Source: Eledone cirrhosa
Lineage: Eukaryota
Assembly (NCBI GenBank): GCA_964016885.1
Contig: OZ024741.1
Location: forward strand, 284,890,001 to 284,954,000
Reading direction: 5' to 3'
DNA length: 64,000 bases
Below, in pieces: positions 1-13,791 of this stretch. The notes below the pieces were generated by a model. It saw only the letters and a program-made list of their open reading frames with translations, did no database searches and was not told the origin of the DNA. A program made the translations under genes and the position numbers. Numbering within the stretch: the stretch's first letter is position 1; every line of letters begins with the position of its first letter.

Positions 1-591
1 AAAGTTGCTTGTAAAAGCAGTCTTCCTCTTTTTTACCTAGGCCTGCCTGGGGAGCATAGGGAGAGATGATTGTCAGTACTCTCTTGCCTACAACTAATCT
101 AAGCTTAATTATTCTATTACTAACTCGAATTAGCTCTATTGTCTTATCGATCCATCTCTCAGCCAGAAAAATGCCTACTCCACCTAACCCATCATCATTA
201 CCCACCCAGAAAAGCTTATAACTAAGATGTTTGCCTGTGATTAGTCTCGCAGAGGCACCTCTCCATCTCACCCCTTGCACACAGCATACATCTATATGCC
301 TTCTCTCCAGCATCTCCACTATTTCACCAGATCTACCTGTTAGAGTGCTAACATTAAATGTTGAAACTCTGAGATGCGACGTCTTCATATTCTTGTTCTT
401 TTTCATGTAGTGCGATTGCTTGATGACGGTCGGGTGGTTCTCGCACATGGCTTCACCAGCCACCCCACTACCGGGCGCAGCCCTAACAAGGTTAGTGTTA
501 TTGCTGTTTACTCAGTTGTTGTTGTTGTTGTATATATATATTTCTCTACTTAATTAAGATGTGGATTAGCGGTTAGATTATGTATGCTGCA

Positions 592-625
592 TTGAAAAGT
601 TTGCTAAAGCGGAAACATGTCCTGA
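592..625 (+). ncRNA. Degenerate hammerhead-like motif (U3-A8 core)
   Basis: TTGAAAA-GTTTgctaAAGC-g-GAAA-CATG-TC. Helix III is the palindrome ACATGT; helix I does not pair. About 100 nt upstream of a (TA)n/(TATG)n tract. Confidence 0.4.
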
Positions 626-733
626 GTTCTTTTCACAATCCTAAAGATTCGACTAACTCCCCACTGGACGACATATTTAATAAATTATAAGCAATTAAAG
701 TTTCCAGGCTGTCAACCTCTAGCTACTTGTATA

Positions 734-769
<36 letters not shown>

Positions 770-779
770 TGTATGTATG

Positions 780-807
<28 letters not shown>

Positions 808-811
<4 letters not shown>

Positions 812-1013
812 AGGTAAACAGAATTAACAACACAATCGGTACAGTATATGGAATGGATATATTAGGTTAACGCTTGATATAGCAGGAAGAGGGTCGTAAC
901 GTTTCGGACGCTAGTCCTTCATCAGAAGAAAGAATGAGAAATAATAAGATGGATTGAGGGGACGGATTGGAATAGGAAAAAATGTCTTTAGATAAAAATA
1001 ACAGGTCCATTCA

Positions 1014-1015
<2 letters not shown>
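808..1015 (-). mobile_element. PLE pseudo-LTR remnant with hammerhead-like core at 897-925
   Basis: Minus strand reads CTGATGA-A-GGAC tagc GTCC-GAAA-CG-TTA; helix I not evident. The downstream part recurs on + at ~12585-12691. Flanked by microsatellites. Confidence 0.6.
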
Positions 1016-1090
<75 letters not shown>

Positions 1091-1123
1091 TAAATATAAA
1101 TATATACATTCATATATATATAT

Positions 1124-1302
1124 CAAAATAACAGATTAAAGTTTAAGCAAAGAATCGCCGCTTTCACTCTTAACGGGATCTTCTGAAACTGTTATTTTAA
1201 TAAATATTTGCTCTACGGTTTTATATATATATATAAATTATCCTTATCGTGCCCACTTCGGATTTTAGTCTTCACATTTATTTATTATTATTATTATTAT
1301 TA
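1124..1302. mobile_element. Short fold-back PLE-derived element (same family as 58782-59010)
   Basis: The arm AAAATAACAGATTAAAGTTTAA... and the tail ...GCTCTACGGTTT-(TA)n-...CTTCGGATTTTAGTCTTCACA are shared with 58782-59010. Confidence 0.65.
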
Positions 1303-1305
1303 CTA

Positions 1306-1631
<326 letters not shown>

Positions 1632-2395
1632 GTATTAATTATACTATTTATGGTTATGTAAATACAAAAACCTTTTGCAGTTATATGTATTTTTTATACA
1701 AACCCTAAATAGTGGTAGGCAGTAATGTATTACTACCTTATTACCAGTAAGTTAAGTAGCTCAATGTAAAAACATCAGATGATTTACAGAGCAGTTATAT
1801 GAAATATAAGAATCAAAGAACTGTTCAAAACATTATTGTGCTTACAGCTGTTTCCTCCAAACCGAGGTTTGGATTCTATGGAGCAATTTATTAATGAATG
1901 GACAGTTATATGACCTCCTTTTCAGCCAAGAGACATACCGATACATATGCAAATATTGTGGGTCAACATTCATTACAGCATTTAGAGTGGCAGTACACAC
2001 TTCGAGATTACATTCATATTAAAAGGTACAATCAAAAATCAATAATACAGGTTAAAATACAACATGAAGATAAGCGGTTATATAGTGCAAATGTTATATG
2101 TGTGGCAAGCACGTGCGTCTTGTTTATATAGTGTGGCAGAGAGTTACATGTGGTAGGAGCATTTAGGTAGGTAAACAAGAGTGTTAGGTTGGTTGATCTG
2201 GTGGCGAATTCTTTATATGATTGTTATAGTCTGTGTGTGGAGAAACGATATAAGCATTAAAAATAGTGCATGCATTAAAAATATTAGAAGTATTGGAGAT
2301 GCACAGCGAAGGGATAACAAGTACTTCATGTACTTCGACATTTTCATGGTCAGGGGAGTGTATTTTTCGATTACATGCCCCTCACATAATATATA
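1632..2395 (-). mobile_element. PLE 3' end with tail (same family as 6714-8508)
   Basis: Colinear similarity to 6714-7300 and, inverted, to 8071-8508. Hammerhead-like motif at 1840-1884 (-). Confidence 0.75.
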
Positions 2396-3244
2396 CACAA
2401 TATTCTCCAGCATGGACGCCAGTATAAAGTTCAGCATGGAACACCCCGATGACCGCGGATCCCTATCCCTACTGGACTTCCAACTCAGGGTAACAGAGGA
2501 AGGCAACATCCACACCTGCTTTTATAAAAAAGAAGCCAGCAGGGACCTGTTCGTACATTTCAGATCGGCCCTCCCAGCCGGCGCTAAGTTCGGATACATA
2601 AGGAACGAACTTACACGTATCCGGAACAAATGCACCGACGCTAGAGACCGAGACACACACACCACACATTTCCTGGAAGTACTCAAACTGAATGGATACA
2701 CGACATCCACCACAAACCATGCCAGAAAGAACAGAGGACACCACACCCGAGGCACAAACACTTGCTTCCTGAAGCTCCCACACTTCAGTGAAGAAACAAC
2801 AACAGCCATCCGCAGAGCTATCAGACGAGAGGGACTAGATATACAACTGGCCCACTCAGGTCCTTCTCTACGCGGACAGCTAACCAAAAGACACTCCACC
2901 AGACATGACAACTGCTGCAGACTAGCCAACTGCCCCATCAACGACACAGACCTATGCCACCAGGCTTACGTCGTATACAGACTAGAGTGTGACAAATGCA
3001 ACATCTTCTAGGTAGCACCACCAGACCACTCCACATAAGAATAAAAGAACACCTCAATACTAACGCTTCCTCATTTAAGAAACACCTAGTTAAATGCAAA
3101 AACACCGACAAAACCATAACAGTTAGGATAGAAACTAAGGAAAGATGCCTCGGCAATCTTAGAATTAAGGAAGCACTAATTATAGACAAAACACAACCAC
3201 CAATCAATAATAGACTAGAACTGAACACCCAATTTATAACTTGA
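2395..3244 (+). pseudogene. Penelope-like RT C-terminus, Cys linker and GIY-YIG endonuclease; 5'-truncated, frameshift near 3005
   Basis: IKFSMEH..SLSLLD..FYKK..LFVHFRSALP (PLE RT core end/thumb), CRLANCP..LC linker, VVYRLECDKC../LGSTTRPLHIRIKEH..EALII..PPINNR (GIY-YIG). Confidence 0.9.
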
Positions 3245-3322
3245 TAGAGCTTCTAGCCCCATATTTACACACACCCTCCACACACACACGCACACACGCA
3301 CGCGCACACACACACACACACA

Positions 3323-3372
<50 letters not shown>

Positions 3373-3880
3373 TACACCTCCACTTATTCCCTCTCACACA
3401 TATACACACAAAACTAATTCTAACAACAGATAACATCTATCCCCCACATTTACGTATAGACATATCTTCTCACACTCACACACACACACTCACATACTTA
3501 CACCTTCATGCATTCTCCCACACACTGAAACAGGCATGTACAAAAAGAACCCTTTTAAAGGGAGACTACTCTTTATCCACCTAATCTAAACTCTTTGACA
3601 TTAGAGATAGTACAGATACTCTATATCATTTCCTGTCAGCACGACTTGGCAAGCTATTTAGAACACTGGATTAACAGCTTTACTTCCCTCTGAAGAAGAG
3701 ATATTATCTCGAAAATTAAGGACATTTAAATAAATCTAAGGTAAAAGACTAATTGTCAACAATATCTTTTGCATTTGCATTCTTTATTCTATGTCCATAC
3801 CTGCATTGTTTTGGCTTTATTATACATATACAAACGTTTATACCTCATTACACAATGCTTCAAGTGAACTATAACCTCCT

Positions 3881-3883
<3 letters not shown>
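3245..3883 (+). mobile_element. 3' UTR/pseudo-LTR of the PLE, ending at (TA)n
   Basis: Follows the endonuclease stop codon, contains (CA)n and a hammerhead motif, and abuts (TA)n. Confidence 0.7.
3687..3721 (+). ncRNA. Minimal type-I hammerhead ribozyme motif
   Basis: CCT-CTGAAGA-A-GAGAT att ATCTC-GAAA-AT-TA-AGG; helix I CCT/AGG, helix III AATT. Confidence 0.65.
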
Positions 3884-3927
<44 letters not shown>

Positions 3928-4075
3928 TATATTTGTTACTACAGCTAATCATTTCTAAAATGGGTGAATTCTTTAATTAAAAATCTCTCAGCATACTTCA
4001 GCGATTATGCTACCGTCTACATTTAACTTAGTTGCTACTGTACTAAAACAACAACAACAACAACACCATCTACTG

Positions 4076-4108
<33 letters not shown>

Positions 4109-4207
4109 GTACCACCGCCACTTTACTACTACTACTACCACCACTACTACTACTACTATTACTACTATTACTAGTAGTAGTAGTAGTAGAACTATACAAG
4201 AAACCAT

Positions 4208-4378
4208 TAGAGGGTCGGACGCCATGCTTTGCAGCAAAGAGTTACGGCCCTTTATGATCTGAGTTCAAAACCCGCCGAGGTTAACTTTGCCTTTCATCCT
4301 TACGGGGTCGATAAAATAAAGTACCAGTAATACACTGATATAATTGCTGGCCTTGTACCAAAAGTAGAAACAATTATT
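4208..4378 (+). mobile_element. tRNA-derived SINE with Nin/Deu-like domain (family A)
   Basis: B-box GAGTTCAAA, core GCCTTTCATCCTTACGGGGTCGATAAAATAAAGTACCAG, (ATT) tail. More than 15 copies in the window. Confidence 0.85.
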
Positions 4379-4380
4379 AC

Positions 4381-4427
<47 letters not shown>

Positions 4428-4663
4428 CTATTGATAGTAGTAGTAGTAGCAGCAGCAGCAGCAGCAGTATTAGTATAAGTGGCGGTGGTGGTGTTGGTTG
4501 TGGTGGTAGTGGTGGTAGTGGTGGTGGTGGTGGTGGTAGTGGTACTGGTAGTAGTAGTAGTAGTAGTATCTCTGTTTCTAGTTCCACTTCATTGTTTCTT
4601 TTATTTCACTTTATTTTCCATTCTTTTGTTCTTTTTCCTCCTAGTTTTTATTTCCTATCTTAT

Positions 4664-4813
4664 TTCTTCTTCTTCTTCTTCTTCTTCTTCTTCTTCTTCT
4701 TCTTCTTCTTCTTCTCCTTCTTCTTCTTCTTCTTCTTCTTCTTCTTCTTCTTCTTCTTCTTCTTCTTCTTCTTCTTCTTCTTCTTCTTCTTCTTCTTCTT
4801 CTTCTTCTTCTTC
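4664..4813. repeat. (TTC)n microsatellite, with (TAG)/(TGG)n tracts upstream at 4379-4568
   Basis: Read directly. Confidence 0.97.
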
Positions 4814-4968
4814 TTTGTCTTAATGGTTTCCTATTCACATCCAATGTTTTTTTCATTATTCCAATCCTTTTATTCTTTGTTCAAAACTGGATTAAAAGTA
4901 TGTCCAATTTTAACTCGATGTTGCCTCGAAGATATATATTCAAATGCGTGTTAAAATAGGCGCGCGCG

Positions 4969-5000
<32 letters not shown>

Positions 5001-5154
5001 CGTATATATATACGTATATATATACATATATATATAAATACATAAACGGAGAAAGCTAATAGCGATACATATATATAAATATAAGTATATATAAATAGAT
5101 ATATATAGATATATATAAGTATACATACATATATATATAAGTATATATATATAC

Positions 5155-5244
<90 letters not shown>

Positions 5245-5314
5245 GTATATATATATATAGATATATATGCATATATATACACACACACACACACATATAT
5301 ATATGTACACATAC

Positions 5315-5353
<39 letters not shown>

Positions 5354-6023
5354 TATATAGATATAGATATAGATATAGATATACACATAGTCATACATAT
5401 ACACACGCACACAGACAACTATATATATGTACGTATATTGAAGATTAATTTAAAACAAGTAATGAAAATAATGGTGAAAAGAATATCAGATGACAAATAA
5501 TACAACATAAAATAATTCAACATATCTGCAGGATCTCGAAATTTCTATAGAAGAAACTTAATGTGTAGTAGGATCTCTCGAGTGTATAGCCAAGATAAAG
5601 ATAGAAAGAAAGCAAACAAATACTTGTTACTGAGATTTTTTAAAAAGTAAATGAAAAGTTGCAAGTCATATAATCATAGCATATTATCATTTTCTTCATT
5701 ATGTCGGTAATAGTTCATGGTTAAATATACTTTCATGTATTAAAATGTAGTCGAAGTATTTGAAGCATTTTCAGGCAAAAGTGAATAAGAAAAAGTATTC
5801 ACATATAAAAAGATCAACACAGAGGCATAGAGAAACACACATACATATATATGTGTATGTGTCTGGCGAATTGGCAGAGTTGTTGCGACATCGGAGAGAA
5901 TACTTTGAGGTATTGGTTCTGGTCAGAGTTGAAATCCTACAGAAATCAAGTTTGCCTTTCATTCTCTAAAGGTGAAACGGCGTTGATCTCTCTCTCCCTC
6001 TTCTTTCTACCTCTCTCTCTCTT

Positions 6024-6061
<38 letters not shown>

Positions 6062-6066
6062 CACAC

Positions 6067-6134
<68 letters not shown>

Positions 6135-6161
6135 ATATACGGACACTCTATCTCAAAATTA

Positions 6162-6198
6162 TTTTTGAAAAGCATTTAGAAATGCGCAACCGGTAAAA
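6162..6198 (+). ncRNA. Degenerate hammerhead motif (U3-A8 core, GAAA changed to GCAA)
   Basis: TTT-TTGAAAA-GCATT taga AATGC-GCAA-CCGG-TA-AAA; resembles 11851-11886. Confidence 0.55.
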
Positions 6199-6324
6199 AC
6201 TTAAAAACTTAAAACCACAACTGAATACTAACCCATACAATTACTAATACTCTTTTATTCCTAATTAAACCATTTTTCAACTGTGAACAATTTGTCAGCA
6301 TTTTCTATTCCGTTTACCAATATA

Positions 6325-6439
<115 letters not shown>

Positions 6440-6457
6440 GCATATATATATATATAT

Positions 6458-6652
6458 AACGAAGGAAGTGTGGTAAGGAACCAGGTGGGTCATAACGCAT
6501 CAAAGTACTCGATACTGTGGGTAGTAGAGTGGGTAATAGGAAAAGAACCAGGACCCCGACGGATGAGCTCCGGCCGTTTCGACAACTATTTCTGAACTCA
6601 GAAATAGCTGTCGAAGCGGTCGGAGCTCAGCCGTCGGGGTTCTGACTTTTTT

Positions 6653-6656
<4 letters not shown>
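6458..6656 (-). mobile_element. Hairpin-plus-tail mini-element, family F
   Basis: About 80-nt tail plus a ~120-nt imperfect palindrome between (TA)n tracts; 8 related copies in the window. Confidence 0.85.
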
Positions 6657-6713
<57 letters not shown>

Positions 6714-6723
<10 letters not shown>

Positions 6724-8505
6724 TACATGAATCAAAGTTCTGTTCAAACCATTTATTAGCTTACAATTGTTTCTTCCAAACCGAGGTTTGATGTCTTCGG
6801 AGCAATTTTTCAATGATTGTTTACATACATGACCTCCTTTCCAACACAAGAGACACACAGAAACATATGTATATATCGATGTACAGTGGGTTGACATCCA
6901 TTATAATATTTTAGCATGGCAATTTACATTCAAAGATTAAAGTCATATTAAAACAAAATTAAAGTTAAAATACACCATTGGCAGTTTACGAAGATAATGC
7001 AAGAGGATAGTTTGAAGTAGTTAGTGTATGCAATAGTTACACGTGGGGCATGCACGTGTGTCTTATTTATATAAGATTATAGTGCGGCAAGGTGTTATAT
7101 GGAACACAAGCACTTTAAGCGGGCAAACAAGAGTATTATGGGGGTTGTATTGGTAAAGTATTTTTTATGTATGATATAGAAGCTTGTGTGCAGAGAAATA
7201 TTAAAAATGAGAAGCAAAATAATGTTATGGTTTTCGTATACACCACCATTTCACAATCCAGGAAACGTAATATATAGATTATATGTCCTTCACATAATCA
7301 ACGATGATTGAATATTGGATGCTTGATGAATTAGGTTAGATTATTACAGCTTGTTGTTCTTTAATCCAATTTTATAGAGCAGGTTGTTTTTGTTGCGAGA
7401 ATTAACATCGTTTTATTTTCCGGAAGTGTGTGTGTGATTAACGGGAGTTAATGCGTGAGGGGAGGTAACTAGCTGATTTCTATAACTAAATTTATTATCC
7501 CAATGTACATTAAATGGTGTTCCAAATGAGTCCCTATCATATAAGGTTATAAACAGTTTCTAAATTTAAGTATCCTATCTTTAAATTACAGTCTAGTCTA
7601 TCAAGAAGTACTAAAGGTGTCCATATTAGGATGATTACCTTCTATCATAGAGTGCCACAACCGAATATTCTACATGAAGAGTCAGATCTCCAAATCAATG
7701 ATCTTTGTAAGTGTAGTCTACCCACAGAACCTGGCAGGGTTTTATTAGAATCACGTCTATATATAACCCCTGGTAAGCTCTGGGTAAGTGCATGTCTGAT
7801 TGCATGGCAAAGTTAAATATCACTAGGGTAGACCAGAGATCACTTCTCACTTACAAAGTCACTAATCCGACTATCAAGTCATACATGTATTTATAACTCA
7901 TACATCACTTGTACATAATTCATTGCACTCATCATATAGGTTATATAGCTCTTTTATGTTAATAAATTAATCTTCCATTTATCCAATGATGGCACTCCAT
8001 ACACAGAACAACATTAGCACAAACAATTCAGTGTTTAAGGTTTACATTGGATAATTGGATAAATGGAAGATTCGTAAACTGCCAATGGTGTATTTTAACT
8101 TTAATTTTGTTTTAATATGACTTTAATCTTTGAATGTAAATTGCCATGCTAAAATATTATAATGGATGTCAACCCACTGTACATCGATATATACATATGT
8201 TTCTGTGTGTCTCTTGTGTTGGAAAGGAGGTCATGTATGTAAACAATCATTGAAAAATTGCTCCGAAGACATCAAACCTCGGTTTGGAAGAAACAATTGT
8301 AAGCTAATAAATGGTTTGAACAGAACTTTGATTCATGTAATTTCTATATAACTGCTCTGTAGAACCACTGATGTTATTACATTGAGCTATTTATCTTACT
8401 GGTAATAAGGTAGTAATAAATTACTGTCTTTCACTGCTTAGGGTTTAAAATATATATAACTATAAAATGTTTTAGTATATACATAACCATAAATAGTATC
8501 CTTAA

Positions 8506-8508
<3 letters not shown>
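6714..8508. mobile_element. PLE with ~279-bp inverted arms (6714-6992 / 8071-8349) and tail 8351-8508
   Basis: Arms read as exact reverse complements (identical ORF translations at 6598-6897 - and 8166-8351 +). The minus-strand interior has decayed GIY-YIG-like LPGVIYR near 7755-7776. (TA)n on both sides. Confidence 0.85.
8260..8304 (+). ncRNA. Hammerhead-like motif with CCGAAGA core (inverted copy at 6759-6803)
   Basis: GCT-CCGAAGA-cat CAAACC tc GGTTTG gaa-GAAA-CAATTG-TA-AGC. Confidence 0.6.
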
Positions 8509-8560
<52 letters not shown>

Positions 8561-8562
<2 letters not shown>

Positions 8563-9061
8563 TAAGATGTATGGTAGGTCGTATGTGAATCGCGGTGATC
8601 ACGTCTGACCTACCAAATATGTGACGGTAGCTAGTTAAGCTCTATGCGTATGCGCAGAGCAGAAATATTAGTGAAAAAGAACAAAGGAACTATTATGACA
8701 TTATAACAAGTTTATTGCCGACAGCCGTTTCGTCCGACCACATGGTGGGACTTATCAAGGCATATAACATGTGATTGTAAGATCATTATTTACATCAACG
8801 TATCACTCAGGGTTAGCAGTTTGAAATTGTGGTGTACATCTGCAACCCCGCTTGTATAGACCCCAACTATACAAGCGGAGTTGCTGATGTACACCACAAT
8901 TTCAAACTGCTAACCCTGAGTGATACGTTGATGTAAATAATGATCTTACAATCACATGTTATATGCCTTGATAAGTCCCACCATGTGGTCGGACGAAACG
9001 GCTGTCGGCAATAAACTTGTTATAATGTCATAATAGTTCCTTTGTTCTTTTTCACTAATAT
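8561..9061. mobile_element. Fold-back element: tail 8561-8664, ~195-bp arms 8665-8859 / 8867-9061
   Basis: Near-perfect palindrome with a 7-nt loop, (TA)n on both sides, and a hammerhead in each arm. Confidence 0.9.
8964..9010 (+). ncRNA. Minimal hammerhead ribozyme, U3-A8 variant (inverted copy at 8716-8762)
   Basis: TGCC-TTGATAA-GTCC caccatgtggtc GGAC-GAAA-CGGCTG-TC-GGCA; all three helices pair, GUC cleavage triplet. Confidence 0.85.
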
Positions 9062-9482
9062 ATATATATATATATATTTAATACATTAACAGAGAAAGCT
9101 TTAAGCAATACTCCGACCGGCTTCCGTCTCACTCAACAAACATTAGGATATACCTTAGTATAATCCCAATTATACGTTTGGGGTGCTAACTATACGTATT
9201 TTGCGGATAGCCTGTTGTATTATTTTATATGAGACATAATTAAAATACATCTCTTTTTCCAAACGATCGTTTCATTATAAGTTTTCTACAAATTGGGAAA
9301 ATAATGTCCAGGTTATGTAGAAGCCTACACATAGTCCGTAGGAATATATGTAGGTGGGCACTTATAAATCATCAGTGGATGCCCGACAAATATCGATAAA
9401 AAACAACAAAAAACCTTACCGATATTAATATTCAGCGATGGTACCCCTCCGTGCCAGAATGACCGCCAAATATATATATATA

Positions 9483-10250
9483 TTTCGTTTCTGAATTTGT
9501 TTAGCAAGAATCTTTATTTGAAAACGTGTGTTGAAACCGATATTGTTATGCTTTGGGAGGGTCATGTTGCCAATAAGAAACACACGCACCAGTTGCTTTC
9601 ACTCCAATTTATTATGAATTAAATTTATAAATTTAGGAATTTATAAATTTCCGGTTGGTTGGTTGGTCCCACAACCAGACGATTGTTCATATATTGTCAA
9701 AGTTCTTTCGTCACACATTCTGTTACCTCTTCAATGACTGGGGATTCTTTTCTTTGTTTTTGTGCCTCTCCTTTGTTCTGTCCTACGCCATCTTGTTTTT
9801 GTGTGTGTTGTGTGCTTAGTTTGCGCATGTGTTACATCCGGGTGTCTGTGTGTGTTTATATTTGTTTATTTATTTGTTTATTTACATGTTACTGGTTGAT
9901 TTTTTGTTCTATGTGTGTGTTTTCATTTTGTCCTTAATTGTAAGTTGATATGTTGCTATTCCATTCATGTTTTCTATTTAATTTTGGTTGGAGTTCATTT
10001 ATGTTTATTGCCTCTGTGCTTTGTCTAAACATTGCGTCTTTTCTGTGTGACGAAAGAATGTGTGACGAAAGAACTTTGACAATATATGAACAATCGTCTG
10101 GTTGTGGAACCAACCAACCAACCGGAAATTTATAAATTCCTAAATTTATAAATTCCTAAATTTATAAATTTAATTTATAATAAATTGAAGTGAAAGCAAC
10201 TGGTGCGTGTATTTCTTATTGGCAACATGACCCTCCCAAAGCATAACAAT
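9483..10250. mobile_element. PLE-derived element: tail 9483-9539, inverted arms ~9540-9720 / 10056-10250
   Basis: Arms are reverse complements. Hammerhead motif at 9696-9738 (-): GTCA-TTGAAGA-G-GTAACA gaatg TGTGAC-GAAA-GAAC-TT-TGAC. Second family member at 23400-23645. Confidence 0.8.
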
Positions 10251-10264
10251 ATATATATATATAT

Positions 10265-10421
<157 letters not shown>

Positions 10422-11565
10422 TATTGTAGTACTGGGTATAAATTGTCGGAACTTTTAAATAAAATTATAATTTCCTTATATAGTAATACGATGAAACATT
10501 TATCATTAGGTTACTGGGAGTATATAGTTTGTCATCATTGGCTTCTATTGAAAATGAAACCTTATATGTTAGGGAATATCTAATTAATTAGTGTGGCGTA
10601 TTTGACTTGACTATAGCCATCGGTAACATAAGCGTAACAAAATTACTATTGCTTCACTGAAAATCAAATCGTCTTAGATATCTGATTCATACCAAGAATA
10701 TTGTTTTAATTTTCTTTTATACCCAAAACCTCTTATGAAACTGGATATATTTTGGCACAAACGAGCACACAATTCAATCATAAATCAACAGAATTTTCAA
10801 AGCCTTCTTTACCAATCCAGAATGACATTAAACTCATTCAATAATTATATAATGAAGAGGCTCCATAGTGACTGGACCTACTTGAAATAAAAGCTGCAAC
10901 TTCCTAAAAAAATCCCTCTACCGTCATGGAAAACCTAAAGGATAATGTAATGCTGAGTCACATTGTTTTGCTTCCAAACCGCCTAAAATCATTCCTGTTT
11001 CTACGATACAAAACTGTTTTAAAGTTTCTATATTTACCTAAAACGTTTCCATCAAATCTTTATGTAAGAACATGTGTTTAGTTAGGGATCAAACACCAGA
11101 TAAATGAAAAGCTTATATAATTTTCATAAATCAGTCCAAATTTTCGATTGTTTCAAAAATCATTTGAGAATTAGAGACAATGTCTTTCATTACTAATGTG
11201 GTAACAAAAGTAATTAAACGTCATTTATTATAGTTCTGAACAAGGAGCGCTAACCAAATATTGAACAAGAAATTCAGCAATAACAACACGAAGTGTTTGA
11301 AGATGTTATTTTGTAATATTGTATACTGTGACGAGAATTATGAAGTTGAAATATGAAGTCATTTCCGATGCATTCCTACCAAAGAGATTCATTGATTTAT
11401 GGAGCTGGTTTCTGCGGCGGAACAGATAGCCAATGGGAGATTAGATTCCATATAAAACTTCAAATGTGAAGAGAATGTTGGGTTTGTTTTGTAAGTTATA
11501 GGTTTAAACTTTATAAAAAAAAACACACACGCGCTCTCTAACTTTCTCTCTCACTCTCTTCTCTA

Positions 11566-11658
<93 letters not shown>

Positions 11659-11676
11659 ATATATATATATATATAA

Positions 11677-12119
<443 letters not shown>

Positions 12120-12714
12120 CTTACTCTGCTGGAAAATGAACACGTGACAGCGCCGCGGTGTGTGCTCCTACATTCATTTACGGCGACGCCTCACACCGGG
12201 TCATAGGCACAGAACGGAAACCTGTTGATAAAGTGAGTCCGCGTTTCGGTCTACAAATGCCACAAACTTGCATATTGCGCAAGTCGGATTGTTGATTTTG
12301 GGTTTTTACAGAAACCAATCGAGGATATTGTATAATATCCTTCGATACAGTCCAGGTTTGTTATTTAACTTGATTGCATTTTCGTTATTGTGGTGGCTTC
12401 TGTGGCTTTGTCCCCTTAACCACAGTTTTCAATTTGAAACTCTGTTTAACGTATGTTTATTACTCTAGGATGTAACTTATCGATTTATCGATACCCTCTT
12501 ATTGAGTGCTTCGTGTAAGCTCCGAATTATTTTTTGCGGATGCTGGCCGACCACCACAACTTCGATTTTACTAACTTCCACTCATAGCGCCCGTAATGTT
12601 AATACCCTCTTCCTGCTATATCAAGCGTTAATCTAATATATCCCTTCCATACACTGTACCGATTGTGTTGTTATTTCTGTTTACCTTTTACATATATATA
12701 TATATATATTTATA

Positions 12715-13250
12715 ATTCAAGGATAGTCCAAGACAAACACAGAGATGGAAAAACACAAAGTCTTATTAGTTTTACGCTTGGAAAGAAATTAATAGGTTTT
12801 CAACATATCGGACACGAGTCCTCGTTGAAGAAATAGAAAGTTTTGGAGAGAGAATAAATGTTGGAATAACAGAATTAGGAAGAAATTAAGAAAGCTGGGG
12901 CGAGTAGTCCACCGTGTGGTGGTAGTAGTGATGGTGGGGAGGGGAGGGGCAAGTGGAGAGTTCAGGTGTGTTACGTGTGTGCAGATTGATTTCGTGGGAG
13001 TGCTTTATTACTTCTGTGTGTGTGGTTTGTGTATCATTGATGGAAGTGTGCGTGTGTGTCTATCAGCGTGTGTCTGTGAATTATGTAGTTTCGTGTGTGT
13101 GTGTGTGCACGTGCGTGTGTGTGTATGTTTATGTGTGCGTGTGTGTGTATATACACGTGGGTGTCTGTAAATATTTTGTATTGTTTGTGTGTGCTTATGT
13201 GAAAATGTTCGTGTGTGTGTGTGTGTTTGTATACACGTTTGAGTTGGGAT
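12715..13250 (-). mobile_element. Old PLE 3' end (related to 34320-35125, 49130-49370 and 54893-55125)
   Basis: Shared CAAGCGTRAARCTAATAA-like terminus and decayed (C/T)TGANGAAGGAC..GTCCGAAACG core next to (TA)n. Confidence 0.5.
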
Positions 13251-13260
13251 GAATTTATGC

Positions 13261-13445
13261 GGATATGGATTGGCAGTATCGGTAGAGGGTCGGATGTATT
13301 ACTTTGCAGCACAGAGTTATGCCCCTTTATGATCTGAGTTCAAATCCCGCCGAGGTTAGCTTTGCCTTTTATCCTTACGGGGTCGATAAGTAAAGTATCA
13401 GTAATGCACTGAGGTAATTGCTGGCCTTGTGCCAAATATAGAAGC
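13261..13445 (+). mobile_element. SINE family A
   Basis: Same head and core as 4208-4378. Confidence 0.85.
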
Positions 13446-13791
13446 AAGTATTTCTTGTGTGTGCGATTTGTGTATCATTGATGGGAGTGTGCGTATGTAT
13501 TGGCGTGTCTTTGAATTTTTTACGTAGTTATTTTGTGTGCTTGTGTGTACACATATGTGTGTGAGCGATGTACGTTTATATATGGGTGTGCGTATGTGTT
13601 TATATGTGAGTGTGCGTGTATATATACATACGTGTGTGTCTGAATTTTGCATGTGTCTTTGCGTGCGTGTAGCTGCATTTAGTGTTTGTGTACTGATAGT
13701 AAAGGAATGTAGTGTTAATATTTAAGTTGTCCGCGTAGTATGGCTAGACGAGTTAATATGATTAGTTAGTTGATAAGTAACGTTAGGGAAT

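Noticed and set aside
8665-9061. Long palindromes as MITEs or miRNA precursors
   Set aside because: The asymmetric tail, variable centre and embedded hammerheads fit PLE ends better; hairpin-derived small RNAs cannot be judged from sequence.
9110-9210. Minus-strand GAAGCCGGTCGGAG with a long upstream hairpin
   Set aside because: Possibly a decayed hammerhead, but no recognisable 5' core.
10430-11520. Repeat-poor stretch as a possible host exon (also 18300-19430, 33620-34320, 55130-56030)
   Set aside because: No sustained ORF or recognisable protein; small exons cannot be excluded without RNA data.
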